A stretch of DNA of 64,000 bases from Candidatus Binatia bacterium (GTDB lineage Bacteria > Desulfobacterota > Binatia > UBA9968 > JAJDTQ01): positions 1,952,001 through 2,016,000 of the forward strand of contig OY762897.2 in NCBI GenBank assembly GCA_963666515.2, given 5' to 3'. Below, one piece after another: positions 24,565-34,028 of this stretch. The translations under genes and the position numbers were made by a program. Position 1 is the stretch's first letter, and each line of letters starts with the position of its first letter. Below the pieces are notes generated by a model that did no database searches, was not told the origin of the DNA, and was given only the letters and a program-made list of their open reading frames with translations.

Positions 24565-25554
24565 TTAGTGAGAGTCGTTTCCCGCACGCCGATCTTCTTC
24601 CAACAACCCGAGTGCAGTACCGCTGAGGACCCGCTCAAGCTCCGCCGCCGGCCAGGGCCGGGCGCGGAGCGCGGCCAGCACCGCCTTGCTGCCGTCGGGC
24701 ACGTGGGGCTCGTCGGTGCCGTAGACCAGGCGGTCGGCGCCGAAGGTGGCGCGGGCGCAGTCGAGGGCGGGGCCGGACACGGTGACGGTATCGTACCAGC
24801 ACCGGCGCAGGTATTCGCTGGGCGGGCGCAGGCACTTCTCGTAGCGGCGGTAGCCCCGGTCAATGCGGTCCAGCACCATGCACAGGCCGCCGCCGCAGTG
24901 GGACCAGACGATACGGACATCGGGGCAATCTTCGAGCACGCCGCCCAGGGCGAGCTTGGCCGCGGCCATGGCGGTTTCGCCGAGGTAGCCGACGGAGAGG
25001 TACTCACCCCGGTCGTTGGCCGGGCCGTCGATGGGGAACGTGGGGTGTACCAGCACCAGCAGGCGGCGGCGGTGGGCTTCGTTCCAGAACTCCCGGATCT
25101 CCGGGGCGTCCAGCGTGCGGCCGCCGACGGTTGTGGTGATACAGGCGCCCACGGCGCCCAGGCCCGTGGCCCGGTCCAGTTCGTCCACCAGCGTTGCCGT
25201 GTCCGTGAACGGCAGCGCGGCGACAAAGCGGAACCGGTCCGGGTGTTCGCGGCAGGCTTCCGCCAGACCGTCGTTGACCGTGCGCGCGGCGGCCGGACCG
25301 GCCCAGCCGGTGTCGAGGGCGCCGACGGACAGGACCTCGACCTTGACGCCGGCCTCGTCCATGACTCCCAGGCGCGCGCCTAGATCGGCTTTTGCGGGCG
25401 CGGACATGGTGTGGCTGCCGCGGCAGGTGAGCGACAGGCCGCGTTCCGACCGGATCAGGGCGAACTCGGGCCGGGTCTTCAATATCTCGTCGAAGCATCC
25501 CTCGGGGTAGTGGTGGGCGTGCATGTCGACGATGTCGCCGGGCGCGATGCTCAT
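24565..25554 (-). CDS. Amidohydrolase family protein (ACMSD/decarboxylase-like, Amidohydro_2)
   Basis: Motifs DMHAHHYP, VHP, SHCGG and LVYGTDEPH. Start ATG at 25554 overlaps the upstream stop (ATGA). Confidence 0.85.
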   Translation of the reverse strand: MSIAPGDIVDMHAHHYPEGCFDEILKTRPEFALIRSERGLSLTCRGSHTMSAPAKADLGARLGVMDEAGVKVEVLSVGALDTGWAGPAAARTVNDGLAEACREHPDRFRFVAALPFTDTATLVDELDRATGLGAVGACITTTVGGRTLDAPEIREFWNEAHRRRLLVLVHPTFPIDGPANDRGEYLSVGYLGETAMAAAKLALGGVLEDCPDVRIVWSHCGGGLCMVLDRIDRGYRRYEKCLRPPSEYLRRCWYDTVTVSGPALDCARATFGADRLVYGTDEPHVPDGSKAVLAALRARPWPAAELERVLSGTALGLLEEDRRAGNDSH

Positions 25555-27854
25555 GCCTTCTCCGCGGCGTCCATCAGCTCCAGCACGTAGCCGGGCTTGA
25601 GCGGCAGCCGCGTGACCTCCACGCCCAAGGCATTGGATACGGCGTTGGCCAGGGCCGCGCCGGCGGCGGTGATGCCGCCCTCCCCGGCTCCCTTGACTCC
25701 CAGCGGGTTGTGGGGCGAGGGGAAGTCCTCGGTGGAGATGAGCTGCCCGCGGGGCACGTCCATGGCCGTGGGCATGAGGTAGTCCATGAAGCTCGTGGCC
25801 TGGGGCTGTCCCTCCTCGTCGAAGGGGAACTCTTCCAGCAGCGCGCCGCCGATGCCCTGGGCCAGGCCGCCGGCCATCTGACCCTCGACGATCATGGGGT
25901 TGATCTTGCGGCCCACGTCCTCCATCACCAGGTAGTCGAGGATCTCGATCATGCCGGTTTCCCGGTCCACTTCCACCACCGCCACGTGGACGCCGTAGGG
26001 GAACGGCCGCTGGTCGGTGGCGAAGAAATCCTCTTCGGAAATGCCGGGGGGGATTCCCCGGGCCAGGGCCGGGCCGGGCAACGCCAACCGGGCCAGGGCC
26101 GCGAAGTCCAGGTTCCTTTCCGGGGCGCCCCTGGCGCTGATGCGGCCGTCCGCCAGTTCCAGGTCGCCGGCGTCGATCTCCAGCTCGGCGGAAGCCAGAC
26201 GCAGGAGCTTCTCCTTGACCTTGCGGCAAGCGCCCACCGCGGCACTACCGCCCATGACCGTGGAGCGGCTGGCGTTGCTGCCGTTGCCGTAGGGCACCTT
26301 GGCGGTGTCGCCGTGCACCACGCGCACGTCTTCGATGGAGACGCACATCTCGTCGGCGACGATCTGGCTCAGGGCGGTGGCGATGCCCTGTCCCACGGAG
26401 TTGATGCCGCAGTAGAGCACGACGCCGCCAGTGTTGCCGACCTCCACCCGGGCGTACTCCCAGGGGCCGATGCCGCTGGTCTCGACGAAACAGCCGATGC
26501 CCACGCCCATGGCCCGGCCCTCGGCTTTGGCGGCGGCGCACCGCTGTTGAAGCTCCTCATAGTTCATGTGGCGCAAGGCCGCCTCGAGCTGCCCCGGCAG
26601 ATCGCCGCTGTCGTACACGTTGTAGTGGTACGGGTTCCTGCCGAGGTCGTAGGGCATCTCCTCCGGGCGGATCATGTTGCGCCGCCGAAACTCCGCGGGG
26701 TCGAGCCCGAGGCGGTGAGCCGCCATGTCGACGAGGCGCTCGCGCACGAAGTTGGCCTCGTAGCGGCCGGGGCTGCGGTAGGTGCCCACCGGGGTCTTGT
26801 TGGTGAGCACGCAATGGATCTGACAGCGGTAGTTCGGGATGCGCAACGGACCCTGCAACATGGCCGATGACGAGACGATAGGCACGCCGCCGTGGGTGCG
26901 CGTGTAGCCGCCCATGTCGAACAGGATCTCGGCGTCCATGGCCACGATGGCGCCGTCGTTGCGGAGGCCAAGCCGCACCCGGTAGGACTGCTGCCGGGAA
27001 TGGTTGGTGGACTTGAGGTGTTCCGAGCGGTCCTCGATCCAGCACACGGGCATGCGGAAGTGCATGGCGGCAAAGGGGATCAGGAAGTCCTCGGGGTAGA
27101 ACTCGCCGCGGGCGCCGAAACCGCCGCCCACCGCCGGCTCGATGAAGTGGATCGCGCTCTGGGGCAATCCGCTCAACTCCGAGAGGATGCGCCAGTTGGT
27201 GTGGGTCATCTTGGTGGGGCCCCAGACCGTGAGCATGCCGCGGCTGTCGTCGTATTCCGCCACCAAGCCACGGGTTTCGAGCGGCACAGCGGCATGACGA
27301 TTGGTCTCGAAGGTCTCCTCGACGATGAGATCGCACTCGGAGAGCGCGCGTTTCACGTCGCCCGTCTCCACCTGAAACCCCGCGGGCACGTTTCCCGGCA
27401 CCGCGTCGTGGAGCCGGGGCGCTTCCGGCTCCATGGACGTGCGTGCGTCGATCACCGCCGGGAGATCGTGGTAGTCCACCTCCAACAGTTCCAGCGCGTC
27501 CTCGGCGACGTAGCGGTCCTGGGCCACCACCACGGCCACGGGCTCGCCCACGTAGCGCACCCGGTCGGTGGCCACGGGGGTCTGCTGGGAACGCTCCAAA
27601 CCCGGTATCTGGCCGGTGCGCATGGGAATGGTCTTGAGCCCCGGCATATCTGCGGCCGTGAGCACGCCCACGACTCCGGGAAGCTCCAGCGCAGCAGCCG
27701 TGTCGATGGCGACGAGGCGGGCGTGGGCGCGGGTGCTGCGGAGGATGGCGGCGTGCACCATGCCGGGCCGCCGGATATCGCCCACGTACTTGCCGATGCC
27801 CCGCAAGAGCGGCACGTCCTCCCTGCGCTTCACGCTGGAACCGATGTAGGCCAT
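25551..27854 (-). CDS. Xanthine dehydrogenase/CoxL-family molybdopterin-binding large subunit
   Basis: Motifs IGSSVKRRED..LL.G.G.Y, VGGGFG.R, TYRSPGR, SVGQG, SNASRS, GQMAGG..QGIG.AL.E and KGAGEGG. Confidence 0.95.
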   Translation of the reverse strand: MAYIGSSVKRREDVPLLRGIGKYVGDIRRPGMVHAAILRSTRAHARLVAIDTAAALELPGVVGVLTAADMPGLKTIPMRTGQIPGLERSQQTPVATDRVRYVGEPVAVVVAQDRYVAEDALELLEVDYHDLPAVIDARTSMEPEAPRLHDAVPGNVPAGFQVETGDVKRALSECDLIVEETFETNRHAAVPLETRGLVAEYDDSRGMLTVWGPTKMTHTNWRILSELSGLPQSAIHFIEPAVGGGFGARGEFYPEDFLIPFAAMHFRMPVCWIEDRSEHLKSTNHSRQQSYRVRLGLRNDGAIVAMDAEILFDMGGYTRTHGGVPIVSSSAMLQGPLRIPNYRCQIHCVLTNKTPVGTYRSPGRYEANFVRERLVDMAAHRLGLDPAEFRRRNMIRPEEMPYDLGRNPYHYNVYDSGDLPGQLEAALRHMNYEELQQRCAAAKAEGRAMGVGIGCFVETSGIGPWEYARVEVGNTGGVVLYCGINSVGQGIATALSQIVADEMCVSIEDVRVVHGDTAKVPYGNGSNASRSTVMGGSAAVGACRKVKEKLLRLASAELEIDAGDLELADGRISARGAPERNLDFAALARLALPGPALARGIPPGISEEDFFATDQRPFPYGVHVAVVEVDRETGMIEILDYLVMEDVGRKINPMIVEGQMAGGLAQGIGGALLEEFPFDEEGQPQATSFMDYLMPTAMDVPRGQLISTEDFPSPHNPLGVKGAGEGGITAAGAALANAVSNALGVEVTRLPLKPGYVLELMDAAEKA

Positions 27855-27863
27855 GGCCGTTCT

Positions 27864-28373
27864 TCAATCCTTCCCCGGGTTGGACGCCGCCGCCTCACCC
27901 GCGGACATCTGCTGCGCGGCCTCGCGAATCGCCGTGACGATGTTCCGGTAGCCCGTGCAGCGGCACAGGTTTCCGCTCAACCACTCGCGGATCTCGGTCT
28001 CGCCGGGATCGGAATTCTCCCGCAACAGCGCCCGTGCCGTAAGCAGGATGCCAGGCGTACAGAATCCGCACTGAAGGCCGTGGCGCTCCTGGAACTTGTC
28101 CTGCAGCGGATGCAGCGTGTCCGCGTCGGGCGCCAGGCCCTCGACGGTGTCGATGCCGGCGCCGTCCGCCTGCACCGCGAACATCAGGCAGGAACGCACC
28201 GGGTCGCCGTTCACCAGAACCGTGCAGGCGCCGCAAACGCCGTGCTCGCAACCCACGTGAGTGCCGGTGAGGCCCAGGTCGTCACGGATGAAATCGCTCA
28301 GGAGCTTGCGCGGCTCCGTCTCGCCGGTGCGCTCGACGCCGTTGACGCGTACCGTAATCTTTCGCTTGTTCAT
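27864..28373 (-). CDS. (2Fe-2S)-binding small subunit, CoxS/XdhC-like
   Basis: Motifs GCEHGVCGAC, SC, QCGFCTPG and GNLCRCTGY. ATG at 28373 follows AAGGAC. Confidence 0.95.
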   Translation of the reverse strand: MNKRKITVRVNGVERTGETEPRKLLSDFIRDDLGLTGTHVGCEHGVCGACTVLVNGDPVRSCLMFAVQADGAGIDTVEGLAPDADTLHPLQDKFQERHGLQCGFCTPGILLTARALLRENSDPGETEIREWLSGNLCRCTGYRNIVTAIREAAQQMSAGEAAASNPGKD

Positions 28374-28400
28374 GTCCTTCCGTCTTCGTGAATGCGTCAC

Positions 28401-28425
28401 GGACGGGTTCGAAACCCGCCCCTAC
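28401..28425 (-). repeat. GTAG-type REP-like palindrome
   Basis: Minus strand reads GTAGGGGCGGGTTTCGAACCCGTCC; intergenic; related copy at 47943. Confidence 0.75.
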
Positions 28426-28463
28426 CGCTGCCTGATCGTGCCTGCTCCGGTCATGGATCCGGT

Positions 28464-29342
28464 TCATCCCGCGGCGCGGGAAGCCGCAGCCCTGTCCGCG
28501 GCCTCGGCCAATGTGCGTCGGGCCAGCACCTCGCAGGCGCGCAGGCGGTATTCCGCGGTAGCGTGCATGTCCGAGTCCTGCTCGACACCGGCCACCGCGC
28601 GCCGGGCCGCCTCCCGGAACAATGCCTCCGACGGCTTCTCGCCCAGCACGGCCGTTTCCGCGGCGCGCGCCCGGATGGGTGCAGGACCGGTGAGCGTCAA
28701 CCGGGCGGCCGTCACCGCGCCGTCCCCATCCACGGTCATCAGCGCGGCGGCCCCCGCCAGCGCGAAGTCGCCGTACCGGCGGCTCACTTCCTGGAACGAT
28801 GCGCCGCTGCCGGCGGCGACTGCCGGAACCCGCACCTCCCGGAGCAGCTCGCCCGGCTCCAGCGCCGTCGTCATGGTGCCGAAAACGAAATCCTCCGCCG
28901 CGACGGTCCGTTCCCCGCCCTCGCCTTGCAGCACGAACGCGGCGTCCAGCGTCACCATGGCCACCGGCAGCTCCGCGGAGGGAAAGGCGTGGGCGATGCT
29001 GCCGCCGACCGTACCGCGGTTCCGTATCTGCACGTGGCCGATGAATCCCGTGGCGTCCCGCAGAAGCGGCCAACCGGCAGCTACCTCCTCGGAGCGCTCC
29101 AGTCTCCGCTGCCGGGTCATGGCGCCGATGCGAAGTTCGCCGTCCTCCACGGACAGGAAGTCCAGCTCGGCCACGCGGTTCAGGTCCACCAAGTGGGCGG
29201 GACGGGCGAGGCGGAAGTTCATGAGCGGCACCAAGCTCTGGCCGCCCGCCAGCACCCGCGCGTCCTCGCCCAGGCGGCTCAGCAGCGCAGTGGCTTCCGA
29301 CAGGGTCGCCGGGTCGTGGTACTCGAAAGTTGCAGGTTTCAT
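28464..29342 (-). CDS. FAD-binding medium subunit, CoxM/XdhB-like
   Basis: Motifs MKPATFEYH.P, LAGGQSLVP.MNFRL, IRNRGTVGGS and RRYGDFAL. ATGA overlap with the upstream gene. Confidence 0.95.
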   Translation of the reverse strand: MKPATFEYHDPATLSEATALLSRLGEDARVLAGGQSLVPLMNFRLARPAHLVDLNRVAELDFLSVEDGELRIGAMTRQRRLERSEEVAAGWPLLRDATGFIGHVQIRNRGTVGGSIAHAFPSAELPVAMVTLDAAFVLQGEGGERTVAAEDFVFGTMTTALEPGELLREVRVPAVAAGSGASFQEVSRRYGDFALAGAAALMTVDGDGAVTAARLTLTGPAPIRARAAETAVLGEKPSEALFREAARRAVAGVEQDSDMHATAEYRLRACEVLARRTLAEAADRAAASRAAG

Positions 29343-29848
29343 TTCGCCTCGGAGAATAGCGCAGGCGGGAACAGCACCGCCACCGGCGCCTGCATGGCGT
29401 TCATGGACTTGACGGCGCCGCCGATGGCGTGGGCCATGTCGCCGGGCTCGTTCACCACGCTGTACTGGATGCGCAGGCTCTGAAGCAGCGGCTCGGTAGC
29501 CCAGCCAAAGGGCACCGAGAACCACCGCTGGTCGCCAAAGCCGCCGCGGTAGCTGATGAGCAGGAGCATGGGGACGCCGAAGGCCGCCGGCCCCCGGAGC
29601 AGCGCATAGCACGACAGCGCGAAGCCGGTGTTCTCCATCAACATCGCCGGACGGGCGCCGCCCAGCCACGCGCCCATGCAGACCCCGACGCCGTCACTTT
29701 CGTTGGCCACCTGGAGGTAGCGCACCCCGGAATCCGCCTCCAGCCTCTGGTACAGTTCCAGGAACGCGGAGTCGGGCATGCAGGCCACGAAGTCGATCCC
29801 CGCCTCCGTGATGCAGCGATGCGCTTCAGCCGCGATGTCGTCCTTCAC
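29339..29848 (-). CDS. ThDP-dependent decarboxylase alpha subunit (sulfopyruvate/phosphonopyruvate decarboxylase ComD-like)
   Basis: Motifs AGIDFVACMPDS, ANESDGVGVCMGAWLGG.RP.MLMENTG and LLISYRG. Confidence 0.8.
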   Translation of the reverse strand: MKDDIAAEAHRCITEAGIDFVACMPDSAFLELYQRLEADSGVRYLQVANESDGVGVCMGAWLGGARPAMLMENTGFALSCYALLRGPAAFGVPMLLLISYRGGFGDQRWFSVPFGWATEPLLQSLRIQYSVVNEPGDMAHAIGGAVKSMNAMQAPVAVLFPPALFSEAK

Positions 29849-29904
29849 TGCCCCTCACTCTTTCCCGTTCCATCAACCCACCGATCCGGATTCCCTTGCG
29901 TCGT

Positions 29905-30507
29905 TCACGGCTTCGGCGGCGGCAGGATCGCGCGTCCGCGGATGGCCTCGATGCGGCGCACCAGCCGGTACTTGTTCTCCTGCCCGTCCATGCTCGGCCC
30001 CTCGGTCCTCGCCGCCAGCGCGATCTTGGCGGTGAGAAGCGCCGGACCCGGCTCCGAGAAGAGCCTTTCCAGCGCCGCGGCCACGCCGCGGTCATCCGTC
30101 ACCGTTTCAGCGCGCCGGATGCCCGCGGCCCGGGCCATGGCGGTGAGGTCGGCGCACGCCGCGGTCTGGCTGGGGGCGCCGCCGCGGCTCCCGAAGAGCT
30201 GCTCGTTGTCGAACACGATGATGCGGAGATTCTCTGCTCCGGATACGGCTACCACCGGCAGGATGCTGGGGGCCAGCAGGAGACTCCCGTCGGTGTCCAG
30301 GGAAACCACCTTGGACCCGGGCAGCGTCAATGCCAAGCCCAGACTGACTTGGGTGACCATGCCGAGGCCCACCAGGTAGAGGTTCTCGGGGCGGTGGACC
30401 ACCTGGTAGGTGTCCGCGGTGGTGCCGGCCAGGGCGGCCACCACGATGTCGCTGTCGCTCAGATGATCCCGGAGCCGCTCCAGCACGGCCCGCCGCTCCA
30501 CCTTCAT
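29905..30507 (-). CDS. ThDP-dependent decarboxylase beta subunit (ComE-like)
   Basis: Motifs NLYLVGLGM..VSLGLAL, DTDGSLLL and IIVFDNE (ThDP-binding GDG..N-like). Adjacent to the alpha subunit. Confidence 0.78.
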   Translation of the reverse strand: MKVERRAVLERLRDHLSDSDIVVAALAGTTADTYQVVHRPENLYLVGLGMVTQVSLGLALTLPGSKVVSLDTDGSLLLAPSILPVVAVSGAENLRIIVFDNEQLFGSRGGAPSQTAACADLTAMARAAGIRRAETVTDDRGVAAALERLFSEPGPALLTAKIALAARTEGPSMDGQENKYRLVRRIEAIRGRAILPPPKP

Positions 30508-30623
30508 GACGCGGGATTGTAGTACCGGCATCCGGGAAATGCCAGTGACCGGATGTCGAGTTGTTGTTTGAGGGCATCCCGTTTTCGGGGTATCTTCCTA
30601 CCTGGCAGCCGGAGGTGCCTGAA

Positions 30624-32936
30624 ATGAGCATTGCACAACCCAAAATGGTTCAAACGTCCCTCCACTGGGGGGCCTACCAGGTTGAGGTCGAGGCCGGACG
30701 CATCGTGGCCGCGCGCCCGTTTGCCGCCGACCCGGATCCCTCGCCCATCGGACTGTCGATACCGGACGTCGTGCAACACCCATGCCGGATCCCTCAACCG
30801 ATGGTGCGCGAGGGTTGGCTGGAGCGGGGACCCCGGCACCACGGCGGAGACCGCGGGAGGGAGCCGTTCATCCCCGTGAGCTGGGAAAAGGCGCTCGACC
30901 TGGTCGCCGACGAACTGCGGCGCGTGCGCGGCTCGTTCGGCAATTCGGCGATTTTTGCCGGCTCCTACGGCTGGGCCTCCGCGGGGCGTTTCCACCATGC
31001 GCAGAGTCAACTGCACCGCTTTCTGAACGGGTTCGGCGGCTACGTCCGGTCGGTGAACGCCTACAGCTTTGCCGCGGCGGAAGTCATCGTCCCTCACGTC
31101 CTGGGGTACGACTGGCGATCCATTCGCGAGGGAGCCACCTCCTGGCCGGTGATCGCCAGACACACGGAGCTGGTGGTCAGTTTCGGAGGACTCCCGCTCA
31201 AGAATGCCCAGGTCAGCGCGGGCGGCATCGGCAGGCATGTCACCCGCGGCTGGCTCGAGCGGTGCAGGAAGAACGGCGTCGAGTTCGTGAACGTCAGCCC
31301 GGCCAGAGACGACGCCGCGGACTTCCTTGAAGCGGAATGGCTGGCGCCGCGCCCCAACACCGACACTGCGCTGATGCTGGGCCTGGCCTACACGCTGGTC
31401 CGCGAGGGTCTCCACGACCAGGCGTTCCTGGAGAAGTACTGTGTCGGGTTCGAGGCCTTCCACGCCTACCTCATGGGTGAGACCGACGGTCAACCCAAGG
31501 ACCCGGAATGGGCCGCCGCCCGGTGCGGCATCCCCGCGGACACGATACGCGGGCTGGCTCGCCGCATGGCCGCGCGGCGGACCCTCATCACGTTGAGCTG
31601 GTCGCTGCAACGCGCCGACCACGGCGAACAACCCTACTGGATGGCCGCGGTCCTCGCCGCGATGTTGGGCGAGATCGGGCTTCCGGGAGGCGGCATCGGC
31701 TACGGCTACGGCGCCACCGGCGCCGACGGCAACCCCGTGAAGTACATCAAGAGGTTGACGCTGCCGCAGGGGGTGAACCCGGTGGAACCCTTCATCCCGG
31801 TGGCCCGGATCACGGACATGCTCCTCAACCCCGGAGAGCCGTTCGACTACAACGGGCAGCGGCTCCGGTATCCCGACATCCGTCTCGTCTACTGGTGCGG
31901 CGGCAACACCTTTCACCACCACCAGGACCTCAACCGCCTGGTGGAGGCGTGGCAGCGCCCCGAGACGATCATTGTCCACGAACCCTGGTGGAATCCTCAA
32001 GCCCGGCATGCCGACATCGTGCTGCCGGCTACCACCGCGCTGGAACGCAACGACATCGGCACGGCGCCGGCAGATCCGATGGTATTCGCCATGGCGCGGG
32101 CCATCCCTCCGGTCGGCGAAGCACGGAACGACTACGACATCTTCTCGGGCCTTGCCGATCGATTGGGGTTCAAGGACGGCTTCACGGAGGGCCGGCTGGA
32201 GAAGGACTGGCTATCTCACCTCTACGATACGCTTCGCCGCGATTTCATCCGCGATGGCGTGGAGTTGCCGCCCTTCGACGCATTCTGGAACGCCGGTCAT
32301 ATCACCCTGCCGACCGAAGGCGAGGAGAAGGTGCTGCTGGACAGGTTCCGCGAGGACCCCGATGCGCACCGTCTGCCGACGCCGTCCGGGCGCATCGAGA
32401 TCTTCTCGGAAACCATTGCCGGCTTCGGGTACGACGACTGCCCGGGCCATCCGGCGTGGATCGAGCCGGCGGAGTGGCTGGGCGGAGAGAAGGCCGCCCG
32501 CTTCCCGCTCCACCTCATCTCGAATCAGCCCGCCACCAGACTTCACAGCCAATACGACCCGGGAGCCGTGAGCGCAGGCAGCAAGGTGCAGGGCCGTGAA
32601 CCGCTCCTGATCCATCCCGCCACCGCCGCCGCGAGGGGGATCGAGGACGGGGCCGTCGTGCGCGTGTACAACGACCGCGGCGCCTGCCTCGCCGGCGCCC
32701 GCCTCACGGACAACGTATCACCCGACGTCGTCGTGCTCGCCACCGGGGCATGGTTCGACCCCGAGGCGCCCGGTGGCCTGGAACGGCACGGCAACCCCAA
32801 CGTGCTGACCCTGGACAAGGGAACCTCACGGCTCGCGCAGGGTCCGATCTCGCAGACCGCGCTGGTGGAGGTTCAGGCGTTCGAAGGAGAGCTTTCGGAA
32901 GTACAGGCGTTCACCCCGCCCGAACTTGAACTCTGA
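30624..32936 (+). CDS. Molybdopterin guanine dinucleotide S/N-oxide reductase (BisC/TorA/DMSO reductase family), no Tat signal
   Basis: Motifs HWG, RI..PMVREGWL, SYGWASAGRFHHA, YSFAAA, ADIVLPATT.LERND, RLHSQ and HGNPNVLT.D.GTSRLAQG. GGAGG precedes ATG 30624. Confidence 0.93.
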   Translation: MSIAQPKMVQTSLHWGAYQVEVEAGRIVAARPFAADPDPSPIGLSIPDVVQHPCRIPQPMVREGWLERGPRHHGGDRGREPFIPVSWEKALDLVADELRRVRGSFGNSAIFAGSYGWASAGRFHHAQSQLHRFLNGFGGYVRSVNAYSFAAAEVIVPHVLGYDWRSIREGATSWPVIARHTELVVSFGGLPLKNAQVSAGGIGRHVTRGWLERCRKNGVEFVNVSPARDDAADFLEAEWLAPRPNTDTALMLGLAYTLVREGLHDQAFLEKYCVGFEAFHAYLMGETDGQPKDPEWAAARCGIPADTIRGLARRMAARRTLITLSWSLQRADHGEQPYWMAAVLAAMLGEIGLPGGGIGYGYGATGADGNPVKYIKRLTLPQGVNPVEPFIPVARITDMLLNPGEPFDYNGQRLRYPDIRLVYWCGGNTFHHHQDLNRLVEAWQRPETIIVHEPWWNPQARHADIVLPATTALERNDIGTAPADPMVFAMARAIPPVGEARNDYDIFSGLADRLGFKDGFTEGRLEKDWLSHLYDTLRRDFIRDGVELPPFDAFWNAGHITLPTEGEEKVLLDRFREDPDAHRLPTPSGRIEIFSETIAGFGYDDCPGHPAWIEPAEWLGGEKAARFPLHLISNQPATRLHSQYDPGAVSAGSKVQGREPLLIHPATAAARGIEDGAVVRVYNDRGACLAGARLTDNVSPDVVVLATGAWFDPEAPGGLERHGNPNVLTLDKGTSRLAQGPISQTALVEVQAFEGELSEVQAFTPPELEL

Positions 32937-32969
32937 CGCAGGCCGTACAAGGATGTCCGTCGATGCAAT

Positions 32970-33064
32970 GGAGAAGGAAGGTGCCCGGTGGTGCCGCTGG
33001 TCTTCAAAACCAGTCTGAGGGCCGTAAGGTTCTCGGAGGGTTCGACTCCCTCCCTTCTCCGCCA
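32970..33064 (+). tRNA. selC: tRNA-Sec (anticodon TCA)
   Basis: 8-bp acceptor stem GGAGAAGG/CCTTCTCC, anticodon arm CTGGT-CTTCAAA-ACCAG, long variable arm, GGTTCGACTCC T-arm, discriminator G and encoded CCA; 95 nt. Confidence 0.96.
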
Positions 33065-33076
33065 CCGAAGAAGCAG

Positions 33077-33955
33077 ATGAAGGCGCTGTCGAGCGCGGAC
33101 CTCGGTAGGCTCATGGAGCGCTCGAACGCCAAGGGGCTCGCCCATCTGGCGCTCCATACAGGAGTGATCGCGGCGGCAGGAGCCGTGTACGCAGCCGCCT
33201 TCGGGACCGCCTGGATGTTCCTGGCCGCCTGGGCCTACGGGACCTGTCTCGTCTTTCTCTTCGCGCCGCTCCACGAAACGGTGCACGGCACCGCGTTCCG
33301 AAGCCGTTGGCTCAACCGCGCGGTCTCGGACGCCTGCGGGTGGATTCTCGTTCTGCCTCCCCGCTACTTCCGCGCGTTCCACTTCGAGCACCACCGGCAC
33401 ACGCAGGACCCGGAGCGCGACCCGGAACTGGCGGACCCGCCGCCCGGCGGGTGGCGCGAGTATTTGTGGCGGGTGACCGGCCTGCCGTACTGGGTGAGTC
33501 AGATCCGCGTGATGGCTTCACATGCGGCGGGACACGTAGCCGAGCCGTGGATCACGAGTTCCGAACGAGCCCGGATGATCTTCGAGGCGCGGCTCTTCCT
33601 CGCAAGCTACGTAGTGGTCGGGGCGGTTTCAGCCGGAACCGGGAACACCCTGGCCGTGTGGTGCTGGATCGTTCCTGTGCTGATCGGACAGCCGATGCTG
33701 AGGCTCTACCTCATGGCCGAGCACACGGGTTGTCCGAACTCCCCCGACATGCTCGAGAACTCGCGGACCGTGCACACCACCGCGCTGGTGCGTTTCCTCG
33801 CGTGGAACATGCCGTTCCATGCGGAGCATCACGCCTGCGCCGCAGTGCCGTTTCACGCCCTTCCGCGCATCCATGCCGAGCTTGCCCCGCGCATTCTCAA
33901 CCAGTCGCCGGGTTACGGACGGGTTCACCGGGAACTCGCCCGTAGCTTTCGGTAG
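33077..33955 (+). CDS. Membrane fatty-acid-desaturase-like diiron oxygenase (MocD-like)
   Basis: His boxes LHETVH, HFEHHRH, AEH and FHAEHH; hydrophobic segments. ATG lies 12 nt after the tRNA 3' end. Confidence 0.87.
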   Translation: MKALSSADLGRLMERSNAKGLAHLALHTGVIAAAGAVYAAAFGTAWMFLAAWAYGTCLVFLFAPLHETVHGTAFRSRWLNRAVSDACGWILVLPPRYFRAFHFEHHRHTQDPERDPELADPPPGGWREYLWRVTGLPYWVSQIRVMASHAAGHVAEPWITSSERARMIFEARLFLASYVVVGAVSAGTGNTLAVWCWIVPVLIGQPMLRLYLMAEHTGCPNSPDMLENSRTVHTTALVRFLAWNMPFHAEHHACAAVPFHALPRIHAELAPRILNQSPGYGRVHRELARSFR

Positions 33956-34028
33956 CCGGAAAGGACAAGACGCCCGCGGTGAACGCTCCGTCCGATCTCA
34001 TGCGCCGGACGGAACACCAGGAGGAAAC

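Noticed and set aside
25551-29342. Aerobic CO dehydrogenase (coxMSL) call for this or the second molybdoenzyme operon
   Set aside because: Neither large subunit has AYxCSFR or AYxGAGR, and no cox accessory genes are present.
33040-33064. selC used as an integration site for the downstream island
   Set aside because: No duplicate of the tRNA 3' end and no integrase were seen in the window.
32963-33076. N-terminal extension of the desaturase ORF through the tRNA
   Set aside because: It overlaps a canonical tRNA-Sec structure; the open frame is probably coincidental.
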